Assembly (NCBI GenBank): GCA_964450845.1
Contig: CAYVGZ010000001.1
Location: forward strand, 15,060-79,059
Direction: 5' to 3'
DNA length: 64,000 nucleotides
Source: an uncultured Candidatus Bathyarchaeia archaeon
Lineage (GTDB): Archaea; Thermoproteota; Bathyarchaeia; Bathyarchaeales; Bathycorpusculaceae
In this document: positions 37,183 through 46,900 of the stretch, in pieces
How positions within the stretch are numbered: position 1 is the stretch's first letter
Layout: every line of letters starts with the position of its first letter
Notes under the pieces: model-generated
What the model was told of the DNA's origin: nothing
Seen by the model: the letters and a program-made list of their open reading frames with translations, nothing else
Databases searched by the model: none
Made by a program: the position numbers and the translations under genes

Positions 37183-37206
37183 GGGGTCGGAAACGACCCC
37201 TTTTCA
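37183..37206 (+). terminator. GAAA-tetraloop hairpin plus T-run (intrinsic terminator/attenuator)
   Basis: GGGGTCG-GAAA-CGACCCC followed by TTTTCATTT. Lies between the two chaperone-position ORFs. Confidence 0.6.
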
Positions 37207-37219
37207 TTTAAGGAGGAGT

Positions 37220-37786
37220 ATGACTAAAAATACAACATTTTATAGAATTAAACATCAAAATAAAGAGATACTTTATAAAGACCTGTCTGTTAGTACTCTT
37301 TGCTACTTAGAAAATATTAAAAATGAGGTAAATAGAAACGAACTTGCAGCCAAAGCAAGCATCATATCTCCAACCAATTTAGAAGAAATTCCTTGGCCTA
37401 TCCTACAACAGGTAGGGCGCAATGCTATTGAAAACTCTGTCAAATATATATCAGACAAGCAGCTTTTTGAGATCTTAGTTAAAGAATATAGAGAAGGTTT
37501 AACAGATGGCAGCAGCCCGCTTAGCATGATTAAACATATAATGGTCGCATTTCCAGGTCAATCTATCACAGAACTTTTAAAACTAACATGGAAAGACCTG
37601 GTAGAATTAGTTTGTTTATCAGAAGAAGTCATTGGTAAAAGGATTTTTAATGTGGGTGGAGCCCCTGCTGCACCTAGAAGAAAAGGATCTAGACTTGTTA
37701 ATTCTAGTCTTTTTACTAATGATGGAAAAAGCCTACAAGAAAAGATGAACGAACTAAATAATATTCTTGGCGGAATTCCAAAATAA
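37220..37786 (+). CDS. Tail assembly chaperone-position protein (188 aa)
   Basis: SD AAGGAGGAG. TAATG-coupled to the 2052-aa gene. In the same frame as the 103-aa ORF. Confidence 0.35.
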   Translation: MTKNTTFYRIKHQNKEILYKDLSVSTLCYLENIKNEVNRNELAAKASIISPTNLEEIPWPILQQVGRNAIENSVKYISDKQLFEILVKEYREGLTDGSSPLSMIKHIMVAFPGQSITELLKLTWKDLVELVCLSEEVIGKRIFNVGGAPAAPRRKGSRLVNSSLFTNDGKSLQEKMNELNNILGGIPK

Positions 37787-40700
37787 TGGCTCAACATAAT
37801 CCTTATGATACTGGGTCAGATTACTACGACCCATATCAAAACTCTCAACAAGCACCTGGCCCAAACCTCGGAAATTTAGTACTAAATGCAGCTAAAACAA
37901 TGGTTGTCTTTGGTATTTTAAATACAGTTGGCAGAGGCGCCAGCAAGGTATTTAGCTCAAAAGCTGCGTCAATAGTAACTAGATATAGCAAGACTGCTGC
38001 AACTATACAAAAAGCAACTGGAGCTAATACTTTAGGAGGTTTGTTTGCTGGAACAAGCGCTGGAAAAGAAATTAATAAGATCTTTTCTGGAGCAACTAAA
38101 TCATTTAGTTCAGCACTTAAGTCTAAAGACGCATACGTAGCTAGTGTTGCTAGGACTCAAGGAGCAGGTGCTGCAAAGATAGCTGGCTTTAAGTCTTCGT
38201 TTAAAGATATGCGAACCTTTGCTGGAACTGTTGGCAGAGCATGGAAAAATACTGTTTGGGCTGGCGCTGGTGTTGCGTATGCGATAGATACCTTCGCTGG
38301 CGTTACTCGTGATTATGGAATTAAACCTAAAGCATGGTACGATGTTCCTGGTCAAATAGGAAACTTTGGCAAATGGCTTGCTATTAATTCTATATACTGT
38401 ATGGGATTCAAGGGTGCCACAAAATTTGCGCAAATGGCTGGGTCCAAAGGAATGCAGAGTGTTAGCAATGTATTTAAAGGTCCATTAGGCAAGGCATCTG
38501 CACAATTCCTTGAACGTGTATTAGCTGATGGTGCTCCAGCGGGATTACGAAGAACATCTTCTCAGGGTGGTACCATATTTAAGAAACAGATCTTTGATAA
38601 TATACCACAAGAACGAGTAAGATCTAATTTTAATCAGCACTTCGTTTCATCTGGCGTTCGTAACATGCTTGCATTTGGAAAAACAGTACCAGGGGCAATT
38701 AGAACTCTTAACGAAACCTTTCATCAATTTGGACAGAATTTTAAAGATGCTATATCTACTGACCAAGTTAAGATAGGCAGAGTTCTAAAAAGAACATTAT
38801 CAGACCCAGTTGCAGGTGCTATAAAACAGATAAAGAATCAGTTTCGTGCTAATCGAGTAATGAGAAAAGAACTGTCTCCTGTAGAACATGCTGGGTTAAA
38901 TGTTTTACAGTTTGCTGATGATTATGCTGCTAAACTTGGTGCAGGCTCTCAAGCTAATAAAACTAGGAAAGAGCAAGTAGAATTCTCAGTATTAGCTAGG
39001 AGAATAGCAAAGATAGGAAAAGCTCAGCAAGGTAGAAGAATCCTGGCAGATAAAATATTTCCTGAACTTGATAGAGTAACTAATAGAGATCTGGTAGATC
39101 AAGATTGGGTTACTAGGACTCAAGGAGTATATGCAAAACACTTTGGTGCAGATAGGGCTAAGGTATTTATGGACAGCATTCTTAACATGCATGCTGGTCT
39201 ACATATGTACAAACCAAAGGGCGGAAAGATAAAAGGCGCAGGCATTGATTTAAGCCTATTTGACCCAGTATATAGTCTTAAGAAAACAATGGGACGAGTT
39301 CTTAATAAGAATATTAAAGTACCATTTACTAATCAAGATATTAACTTCGGTGATATTCTTCAAGTTAATTTTTTGCTAAAAGATTCTCCTAGTTTTGACT
39401 TCTTTAAAGGCCCTCAAGACTTTGCTATTGGAGAAAATGCAAAGGCTCTTACATTTAGATTAGACCATGGAACAGTAAAATCTTCTAGTCAATTAGATAA
39501 AGAAGCGTGGTTTACCATAGGTATGAAGGGTGAACTTGCTGTTGTTGGGCCTGGCGGGATAAGTATAGTAAAAACTGGTAATAAACTAGGCTTGTCAGCC
39601 CCCAATAGCGGACTAAAGAAAGCAGAAAGGTCTAGAATTGAACGAGCTGTTCTTGGCGGAGAACAAGGAGAAACGAGACCATTAGCAGATACTGGTAATA
39701 GGTTTTTAGACTTTTTTATAAATAAAACTCAACTAAGCTGGCCAGGAATTGCTAGGCGTTTGGGAAGGAAAGTTGTTGGTGCAATTGAAGGTAAAAATGC
39801 AAAGTTTTTAGATGCAACTACTGGATTTGCAGGAGCATTTACAGATAACCCAGCGGAATGGTATAAGCGTGGAGATATTATACATGCTATTAAAGAAGCA
39901 ACTGGGCAGGATGTAGCAGCATTAATGCGAAATGGCGAGTTTCATTCAATGCTTGGAAAGCTTTCTGGAGCAACTGCTTTTGGAGATTCATTTGATGTAC
40001 TTTATAATGCTAGGAGTCTTAGAGATAAATTAACAGATATTGAAATGAAACTAGGTGATGAGTTTGGCCACTGGCTAAATAAGCGAGGCATAGCAGAAGA
40101 CGTAGCACTAATAAAAGCGGATCCAACTTATGCAGCAAATCACACAACTACAAAGAGACTTGGTCATAGAATGGAAATGAATCCTTATGATAAAGTTAGG
40201 CTAGCCCTTGTAGAGGATGCATTTGTAGATAGCTTTAATGTAGGAGACGGCATTGAACACCCTGTAATAAATGCTATTCCCGAGCTTCTTAAAAAAGGAG
40301 CAATCAATGAAAAGCAAGCTAAGTCTCTAGCTTTATTCGCCAAACTTTCTGCTTTTACCAATACAGGTATGTATGACAGAAAGAATGGTATGTCTCCAAC
40401 TGGAGACATACTTAATGCTGGTAGAAATATTCTTAGACGATCTCATCAGTTAAACTGGAACATACAGCAAGATATAATAAACTATGTTAAGACTAGTGAT
40501 TTTAGATCTGCGTCAGTTAGAGATATAGGCGATATCAAAGTGCACGACCCAAATGCCTTTGTATTCAAAAATAATACAGCATACGCTAGTATTCAAATGA
40601 ATCCAATGGGCTTTGCAAAGGATTGGGTAGAGACAGTATTTGATAATGTTAATAACATGTTACACGATACGATATTTCCATTTAGAAAGGATCCTACCAA

Positions 40701-43700
40701 GAATCTTTCTATCAAAGGTAATGCTAAGTATCTATTTGGAGGCCTAGCAAAGATAGCAGCTGGAGCCTTTGCTGTAAAGGCCCTAGATGCTGTTATAGCA
40801 GCTAATCCGTTGTTTGATGATACTGCACTAGATGCTGGTATAGGTGGCTTCCTAGCGGATAATGTGGCCCGTGCAAGGCTTGGACAATCAAGAGTATTTG
40901 ATGCATTAGGTTTTACTGGAATCGCTAAGCATATTAATGGACTAATGCCTGGATTTACTACTACAGCGCCAGGAGCAGTTATAGGTTCTGTTGTTTCTAG
41001 AACATTGGGTGGCGGTATGTTAGGCGGGTTTGCGTGGGGCGCAATTGGAAACAGAATATTAGCTCCTTATCTTCCTGACTTCACTAAAGACTATCAACAG
41101 CTAGAAGACGAGTACCAAGGAAAATCAGAAGTTCCAATTATGAAGGCACCAACGTGGCTTCTAGGCGCAACTCCATGGGAAGGATCTAAAGTAATTGGAT
41201 ATCAGCCTAACTGGTATGTAAGAATCAAGAGCCGCTGGAAGGAAACAGATACTCTATACGGTTCTACATTTAGAAAGCTTTTACATGAACCATTACCATT
41301 CTTAGGTATTTCTATTGGAGACTTTGTTGACCCATATTACATGGAAAGAAAGCATTATTTTTCTAGACCTTATCCAGAAACTGGCGAATGGGGAAAAGAA
41401 GTGCCTCTAGTTGGACCTTTAATTGCTGGAACTTTGGGCCGTATTTTCAAGCCAAAGAAAACAATGCATCAAGAGTTTTTAACAGGACCAAATGATTTAA
41501 GTGAAAATTCTACCTATCCGTTTGCTATACAACCTCCTACTGTACAAGAGCAGGAAGGTATGATGGCTCACGATAGAGGATTAAGGACTATGGGCGGACG
41601 CTCTGCCTTAATGGGCAGCTATGTATATGGTAGTGATTCTAAAATGTGGGCACACGCTGCTGGTGAAGATTTTTTAAACAATATTATGGACTTTACTGGT
41701 CTTCCTGGATTCCTAGCCAAGACCGCTCAAGGAAAACTTGTTAATAGACCGATAGTTATGCCTACCCTAGAAACTGCAGGTCGTATGGCATCAATGTCAA
41801 GGTCTTACTATGATATGAATCTAGGAGGTATGGGAGTATTTACAGAACCTGTTCGAAGATTAATTGATAAACCTGATTATAGAAGATATGGTTTAAATCC
41901 AATACCTAATATGATGCCAAACTGGTTACCAAATGAATTTTTATCAGGCGATCCTTACGCCAAGATAATTAGGGGAGAACTTAGGTTACCAGGTGCAGCG
42001 TACCAAGCTACTCATAAGGTTAAGAAAACAATGCCTGCTAGATCGTCTATGTTTGGTGCTCCAGAAGAACATATAATACAGTACTTCACTGGACTTCTTC
42101 CACCTCTACTAAAAGAAGAGTACGATATATTGTCTACTGGTACTACAATGCACGAGAAGATACAAGACTCATTAGCAGCAGAGGGATTATTGATTCAAGC
42201 AGAAGCAGTTGTGTATGATGTTAAAAATGATATATCTGGCCACGTTGATGCTATAGTTAGAGATGGGCAAGGCGGTAAAGGCAGAAGAGCGTTAGAAATT
42301 AAAAGTATAAACCAAGCTGCATTTGATAAACTAGAGGGGCCAAAAGACCAGCACATTGGACAGCTTAACTTTTATTTGAAAATGCTTAATCTTCAAAAAG
42401 GAACTCTTATGTATGTTAGCAGAGACAATCCTGCTAATGTCAAACTTTTTAATATTAACTATAGTAAGACTAGATATTTAAAAGACCTTAAAAAGCTTCA
42501 AAAGTCTAGACAGATCGCCGCCGACATGATGAAAGAAGGAGTAGATGATAAGTTTGGCTATGCATATTCTTGGCTAGATAGGCTTAATATCTTAGCTGAC
42601 GTAGGTCCTGCATCTCAAGAATTTAAAGAAGCAAAGTATTTTGTAGAACAACAAATTAAATACGGAATGTTGACTGACGCAGAAATAACTAAATATGATA
42701 AAGCGCTTAAACACAGACAAGCTAGGATTAGAAAGTATGAGCTCTATCCAAATAGATTTAAAGGTAAAATATTAAGTCCTGACCACGAAAGACAGATACA
42801 ATCTATTAATGAAGATATTAAAGCTGGTGTCGAATATACTCTTCCAGAAAGAGTAATAGGAGCAGCATGGGAAACTCTAACAAACTCTAATACGTTCCTT
42901 ACTAATAAATTATTAGCCTTTAAAGATCCTCTAGAACATTATAAAATGCTTCAACTTTATGGAAAAGAATATAAACCTTGGGATGAAGTTTATAACTCGT
43001 TTATTGATCCTGCACTTAAAGGTATGGCTGCACAAACTGGTCCTTTAGGTGGGGCCTATAAATTTGGAATGCCTGCTTATATGTTTTTAGGTAATATAGG
43101 TGCAGTTGCTGGAGGTCTTATTGGTGCTGGGTATGGCACAGTTCATGGATTATATAGACATTTTAGCGATTCTGCTTATATACCAGAACAAGTTAAAGAA
43201 CGAAGAGACATAGAGCAGTATTTTGACGAAGCTAAGTATGAACGTAATAGAAGAATGCTAGAGCTTTCTAGCGGCCTGGCTGCGAGAGAATATCAGGATG
43301 CTATGAATGCTACTCTTACTGCTTTTAATCAAAGTGGTGAGGACATAGCTAATCTATTTAGGGCTACTCCTTATATGGAAAAGCCGTATATTTCTGCATG
43401 GCTTGGTATTAAGAATAAAAAAGAAAGACAAGAAGTACTTAAATATATTCCTAAAGAGTTAAAGCAAGCACTAAAAAATCAATGGAACATGCTTGATCAA
43501 AAAGACGAAAATCAAGAATATGAAAAGTCGAGTAGTGAGTTTATAGCTGGCGGCGGATTAAAACATAAATTTGATAGGAGTATATTAGACCCTTCTGTTA
43601 GGCTTGAAGATATTAAACTAAAAACAGTTGAAGATGCTGGTTTTTCAGCCCATGATTTTGGACTTGGATGGAATGACCAGATGTATAGAATGCAAGACAA

Positions 43701-43944
43701 CTATAATAAGATTAGGTCAGCAGAAATAGCTCCAGCTCAAGAATACTCACCGCCAGATATTAATTCTGGTCAAGTAAGGCAGGCAATTATTAATATGATA
43801 CATCAGCGAAATTATAAGGGTTCTGCAGCTGTATATGTTAATGAAGGCGCAAACGATATTAATTTTTTAAACATTACAATTAGAAGAGATAGGTCCCTTA
43901 CTATAATTAATGCAATGAGAAACGCGTCACAGTACTATGGCTAA
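37786..43944 (+). CDS. Giant tape-measure-position protein (2052 aa) with embedded RecB/Cas4-like PD-(D/E)XK nuclease motifs
   Basis: Located after the chaperone-position ORFs. Has Gly/Ala-rich hydrophobic segments at aa ~30-230 and ~1000-1100. aa 1440-1560: STGTTMHEKIQ...ISGHVDAIVRD(D1488)...RRALEIKS(E1504,K1506)...HIGQLNFYL(Q1526,Y1530). Confidence 0.5.
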   Translation: MAQHNPYDTGSDYYDPYQNSQQAPGPNLGNLVLNAAKTMVVFGILNTVGRGASKVFSSKAASIVTRYSKTAATIQKATGANTLGGLFAGTSAGKEINKIFSGATKSFSSALKSKDAYVASVARTQGAGAAKIAGFKSSFKDMRTFAGTVGRAWKNTVWAGAGVAYAIDTFAGVTRDYGIKPKAWYDVPGQIGNFGKWLAINSIYCMGFKGATKFAQMAGSKGMQSVSNVFKGPLGKASAQFLERVLADGAPAGLRRTSSQGGTIFKKQIFDNIPQERVRSNFNQHFVSSGVRNMLAFGKTVPGAIRTLNETFHQFGQNFKDAISTDQVKIGRVLKRTLSDPVAGAIKQIKNQFRANRVMRKELSPVEHAGLNVLQFADDYAAKLGAGSQANKTRKEQVEFSVLARRIAKIGKAQQGRRILADKIFPELDRVTNRDLVDQDWVTRTQGVYAKHFGADRAKVFMDSILNMHAGLHMYKPKGGKIKGAGIDLSLFDPVYSLKKTMGRVLNKNIKVPFTNQDINFGDILQVNFLLKDSPSFDFFKGPQDFAIGENAKALTFRLDHGTVKSSSQLDKEAWFTIGMKGELAVVGPGGISIVKTGNKLGLSAPNSGLKKAERSRIERAVLGGEQGETRPLADTGNRFLDFFINKTQLSWPGIARRLGRKVVGAIEGKNAKFLDATTGFAGAFTDNPAEWYKRGDIIHAIKEATGQDVAALMRNGEFHSMLGKLSGATAFGDSFDVLYNARSLRDKLTDIEMKLGDEFGHWLNKRGIAEDVALIKADPTYAANHTTTKRLGHRMEMNPYDKVRLALVEDAFVDSFNVGDGIEHPVINAIPELLKKGAINEKQAKSLALFAKLSAFTNTGMYDRKNGMSPTGDILNAGRNILRRSHQLNWNIQQDIINYVKTSDFRSASVRDIGDIKVHDPNAFVFKNNTAYASIQMNPMGFAKDWVETVFDNVNNMLHDTIFPFRKDPTKNLSIKGNAKYLFGGLAKIAAGAFAVKALDAVIAANPLFDDTALDAGIGGFLADNVARARLGQSRVFDALGFTGIAKHINGLMPGFTTTAPGAVIGSVVSRTLGGGMLGGFAWGAIGNRILAPYLPDFTKDYQQLEDEYQGKSEVPIMKAPTWLLGATPWEGSKVIGYQPNWYVRIKSRWKETDTLYGSTFRKLLHEPLPFLGISIGDFVDPYYMERKHYFSRPYPETGEWGKEVPLVGPLIAGTLGRIFKPKKTMHQEFLTGPNDLSENSTYPFAIQPPTVQEQEGMMAHDRGLRTMGGRSALMGSYVYGSDSKMWAHAAGEDFLNNIMDFTGLPGFLAKTAQGKLVNRPIVMPTLETAGRMASMSRSYYDMNLGGMGVFTEPVRRLIDKPDYRRYGLNPIPNMMPNWLPNEFLSGDPYAKIIRGELRLPGAAYQATHKVKKTMPARSSMFGAPEEHIIQYFTGLLPPLLKEEYDILSTGTTMHEKIQDSLAAEGLLIQAEAVVYDVKNDISGHVDAIVRDGQGGKGRRALEIKSINQAAFDKLEGPKDQHIGQLNFYLKMLNLQKGTLMYVSRDNPANVKLFNINYSKTRYLKDLKKLQKSRQIAADMMKEGVDDKFGYAYSWLDRLNILADVGPASQEFKEAKYFVEQQIKYGMLTDAEITKYDKALKHRQARIRKYELYPNRFKGKILSPDHERQIQSINEDIKAGVEYTLPERVIGAAWETLTNSNTFLTNKLLAFKDPLEHYKMLQLYGKEYKPWDEVYNSFIDPALKGMAAQTGPLGGAYKFGMPAYMFLGNIGAVAGGLIGAGYGTVHGLYRHFSDSAYIPEQVKERRDIEQYFDEAKYERNRRMLELSSGLAAREYQDAMNATLTAFNQSGEDIANLFRATPYMEKPYISAWLGIKNKKERQEVLKYIPKELKQALKNQWNMLDQKDENQEYEKSSSEFIAGGGLKHKFDRSILDPSVRLEDIKLKTVEDAGFSAHDFGLGWNDQMYRMQDNYNKIRSAEIAPAQEYSPPDINSGQVRQAIINMIHQRNYKGSAAVYVNEGANDINFLNITIRRDRSLTIINAMRNASQYYG

Positions 43945-46900
43945 TTACAATCCTTTTAAACGACGAGACGACCAAGATAAAGAAGACAAGAATTGGTTTA
44001 TGAAAACCTCTATTAAAGTTGCTGCTGGCGCTGGTACTGCCTTCGGTATATATGGTCTATGGAAAATGAGAGGACCAGCTAAGAAAATTTTGGAAGAAGC
44101 AATGGATAAAGAAATGAAAAGAAAAATATCCATTGAACAGTCCAATAACATGGATAAGCACTCATTTGACATAGCTGAAAACTGGAATAAAGAACAGAGA
44201 GACCTTCTTAATGAGACTTGGGGAGAAGGAAAAAATCCATTCTTTGCTGATCCTAAAGAATCATGGGGAAAAGTAGATACGCCAGAATACACTAAGATAA
44301 ATATTTCTATTATTGAAACAGATATAATTTCTGACTTAGAACGCGAGGCATCATATCTATCGCCTAATGCAGAAATTAGAAAAATACAGCCAGGCGAGCA
44401 CTTTTCTGGAGCAGACTGGATAGCTATAAATAAAAAGAAAACAAAGATATTAAGAAAGGTTGTATCTCTTTCTGGATCAGAAGCAGAACAATTTGCTAGA
44501 CTTAGACAAGAGGCTATCGCTGAATACCTAGAAACCTATATGTTTACAGGCGTTGAACGAGAAGTTGCTGAACGTTTAGAAGAGATGTCAGAGCTTTCAA
44601 CATATTTTTCTAGTAAAGACTATCTTGATTCTGACCGTATTACTGATGGGTTTGGAAAAAAATCAGTTGATAGAATTACCACTATCCATAATGCATATAT
44701 GGAAGATAAGCAATATGCTGACATATATCAAAGAAAAATAAAACAACTATATAGAAGGTTTAAACTTTTTAGCCATAGAACTAGAACAGCTAAGATAGGA
44801 GAACCAGAACGAGTTCAATTTAATGGTGGAGGATATAGGAAGGCTCTTTATGGAAACATTCTAGGAGAAGTAATAGACCCAAAAAGCCTAGCGTCAAAAC
44901 CTCTATCTGCTCTTCCTTTGTTTGATAGCACTAATCCTGAAGTCAAGATGACCAAGGATATAACTTCTATGGGATCTAATAACTGGGGTCCAGAGAATAG
45001 ATTTAGCAAATTGCAGCAGACTAATTATACAGGTAGGATATTCAATTTGGATAAAACATTGAAAGGCTTACAAGACGAAGGAAATATTGCTGGATATTCT
45101 ATTACATTAATTGATTATGGTACTAAGTCGTTTCCAGATAAGAGGCTTAGAATTAGCTTGCTTCATACTGATGCCGCTATTGGTAAAAATAAAAGTTACC
45201 AAATAGAAATTCCGCTTGGAATTGATGGTAGAATACCTGGCGCGACACCTGGGCTACAGTATGCTGCAGAAAGATATCATATAGTTGGTAATGTGTATGG
45301 TAAGTCAGATGAGATGGTGCAGCTCATCAATACTACTGAACTTAATTTAATAGAAGTAGAAAAAGCTCTTAAAGGATCCTTAATGACAGGGTGGGATTCA
45401 TTTCAAGATAATCCTGATAAATTTGTTCGTCAAGTAAATAGAATGGTTCGTCAGATAATAGCTCAGAACGCTACAGCTAATGGCAGCAGATATGATTTAT
45501 ACAATGCTATGTCAGTAGACATACCCGCTATACGTGATCTTTTTGATTCATCAAGACCAAAGTTTGCTTCCGCTAGGAGAACAGCTGAAAGCTACATTTC
45601 TTCTGCAAGGGCAATGAAAAGAATAATTAATGCTAGGCATAATAAGAAAAAATCAGTAGTAATTAACTTAGACTTAGAAACATTAGATAATACTGGAGCA
45701 TCCCCTGGGGCCGCCATCCTTTCTAAAAACTCTCAGATTACTAAGTATGGTATAGTTGTACAAGATATGAATTCTGCTAAAATATTAGATCACTTTGAAG
45801 AATCTAACTGGTCTGGTTATAAGCATTTTAAAAATATCGACAATAGAAGGAAAGGCACAGGATTTAATGATAAATTAAGGAAATGGTTGAGAGACAGTGT
45901 ACTTCCCGAAGGTACACCAGTAGGTATGGAAGTTGAGGCATATGAAGAACTATTAAAAAATGAAGGTGCAGTTGATGTCGGAGACAGGACAGCTGTTGTA
46001 AAACGTATCACTGATAAAGTTAGAGCTATTAAAGCTGACCTTATGAAAAAAGGATATTCTGAAGACGAGATTTTCATAGCAACTAAGAACGGATTTATGT
46101 TCGACCTGCGCGCCATTAACATGGATGACCAAAGCTTTGCTAAGGAGTTTGAGGGAAACTTTATAGATATACAAGCTCTTCATGCTTTTAAAAATAATGC
46201 ACTTGGTGAAAATAATGCTCTAAACATTGAGCGCGTAATGCAACGCTTAATGGGGGAAATTGGCGAGCCAGGTGTTAACTATTCTATAAAAAATCAAGCG
46301 GGTATTACTAATATAATGAAGGCTCTTAAGAAAAAGGGAAGATCTATTCAAGGTGGAGGGACATCATTATTGAACTGGACTGATCCATTTTGGGAATATA
46401 AGGGCCGTGCTGGTATAGTAAAAGCTCACGGATCTCCTAGGGTAGACGCTGCGTTTGTTGCTGCACTATTAATGAAAGAAGTCGCTAGCTATACTGCAGA
46501 AAGCAGCTATCTAGATCACGCAGATTATATGGCTCGTCTTCTAAAAATGTCGTCTGGCCCAAGACGTCCAGAAGACCTTATAGAACTTTTTAGAATGATT
46601 AATGAGAAATATTTTGAAGGCTTTGGTGTAGCTAGTTTTAGAAGCTCTTCACAAAGAATGATATCAAATTTAGTTGCTAACTTTATTGAACCTGCTGAAA
46701 TGTCGGCGTTTGCTGATCCATATAATACAAGCGGAATTAGAAGAAGACATGCTATGCCCTTTAACTTGAGATTAAAGAAAAGTTATATTGATAAGTTTGG
46801 AGGTCCAGCAAATGCAGCTAATCTTCATAAGCAACATCTTGGCGAGTTTTTAATGACAACTAGTATAGAAGATGCAAACCGTGCACTGAACAACTATATA

